DNA of 64,000 bases from Podarcis pityusensis (taxonomy: Eukaryota). A model generated the notes under the pieces. The model was not told where the DNA came from and searched no databases. It saw nothing but the letters and a program-made list of their open reading frames with translations. Of the stretch, positions 63,687 to 64,000 are shown piece after piece (the stretch's first letter is position 1; the number at the start of each line of letters is the position of its first letter). A program made the position numbers and the translations under genes. The stretch lies in the NCBI GenBank assembly GCA_964106645.2, contig OZ067038.1; one strand, 5' to 3'.

Positions 63687-64000
63687 TTTATTTATATCCC
63701 GCCCTCCCCGGCCAAAGCCGGCCTCAGAGTGGCTAACATTATACAAGTAAGACAATGCATAAAAACAAGTGATCAATAAATTAAGATACAGCCCAAAATT
63801 AATTCAAACAAATTAAAATTAAAACTGGACAAATGGCAATCTTCAGGTTAAAATTGAAGGCGGTCACCAACTGTTTCCACTAATATTATAAGCATCTGTG
63901 AGCGGGCTGGGAACCTCCTTCGTTCTTGTTCTTATACAAGGAGAAAATGGGTCAGATTGAACCCTGACAAAGGCTGGGGTTCAGGCTGCTGCTGCAGCAA
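63641..64000 (-). mobile_element. L2-like LINE 3' end with (TTA)n tail, probably running off the window
   Basis: (aat)n then tttatatcccgccctccccggccaaagccggcctcagagtggctaac, the reverse complement of the 38191 fragment. Confidence 0.75.

Noticed and set aside
56000-64000. Possible exons of the expected neighbour TEAD1 (or BMAL1 at the left end of the window)
   Set aside because: No translated segment recognisable as TEAD1 or BMAL1; they presumably lie outside the window.

Overview
Vertebrate genomic DNA from a squamate reptile, probably a lacertid lizard; this is inferred from Sauria/Squam1, Squam2 and Squam3 SINEs and RTE-BovB, CR1 and L2 LINEs. The only protein-coding gene I can support is the single-exon RASSF10 (44724-46208, minus strand), inside a CpG island. 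The rest is intergenic DNA dense with transposable elements: a young 5'-truncated CR1 with a near-intact RT, three BovB 3' fragments, L2 and L1 remnants, two solo LTRs with perfect 5-bp TSDs, hAT and Tc1/mariner(Tigger)-type MITEs, and microsatellites. A few TE-free, homeobox-motif-rich blocks look like candidate enhancers. I found no evidence of a wholly new multi-gene system. The most unusual items seen directly are a Sauria SINE with a 96-bp target-site duplication, three upstream ORFs in the RASSF10 leader (one ends in a TGATG stop/start overlap), a retro-insertion carrying 52 bp copied from ~590 bp away, a patchwork insertion inside a MITE TIR, and several nested insertions. TE family names come from recognition by eye, not a database search.
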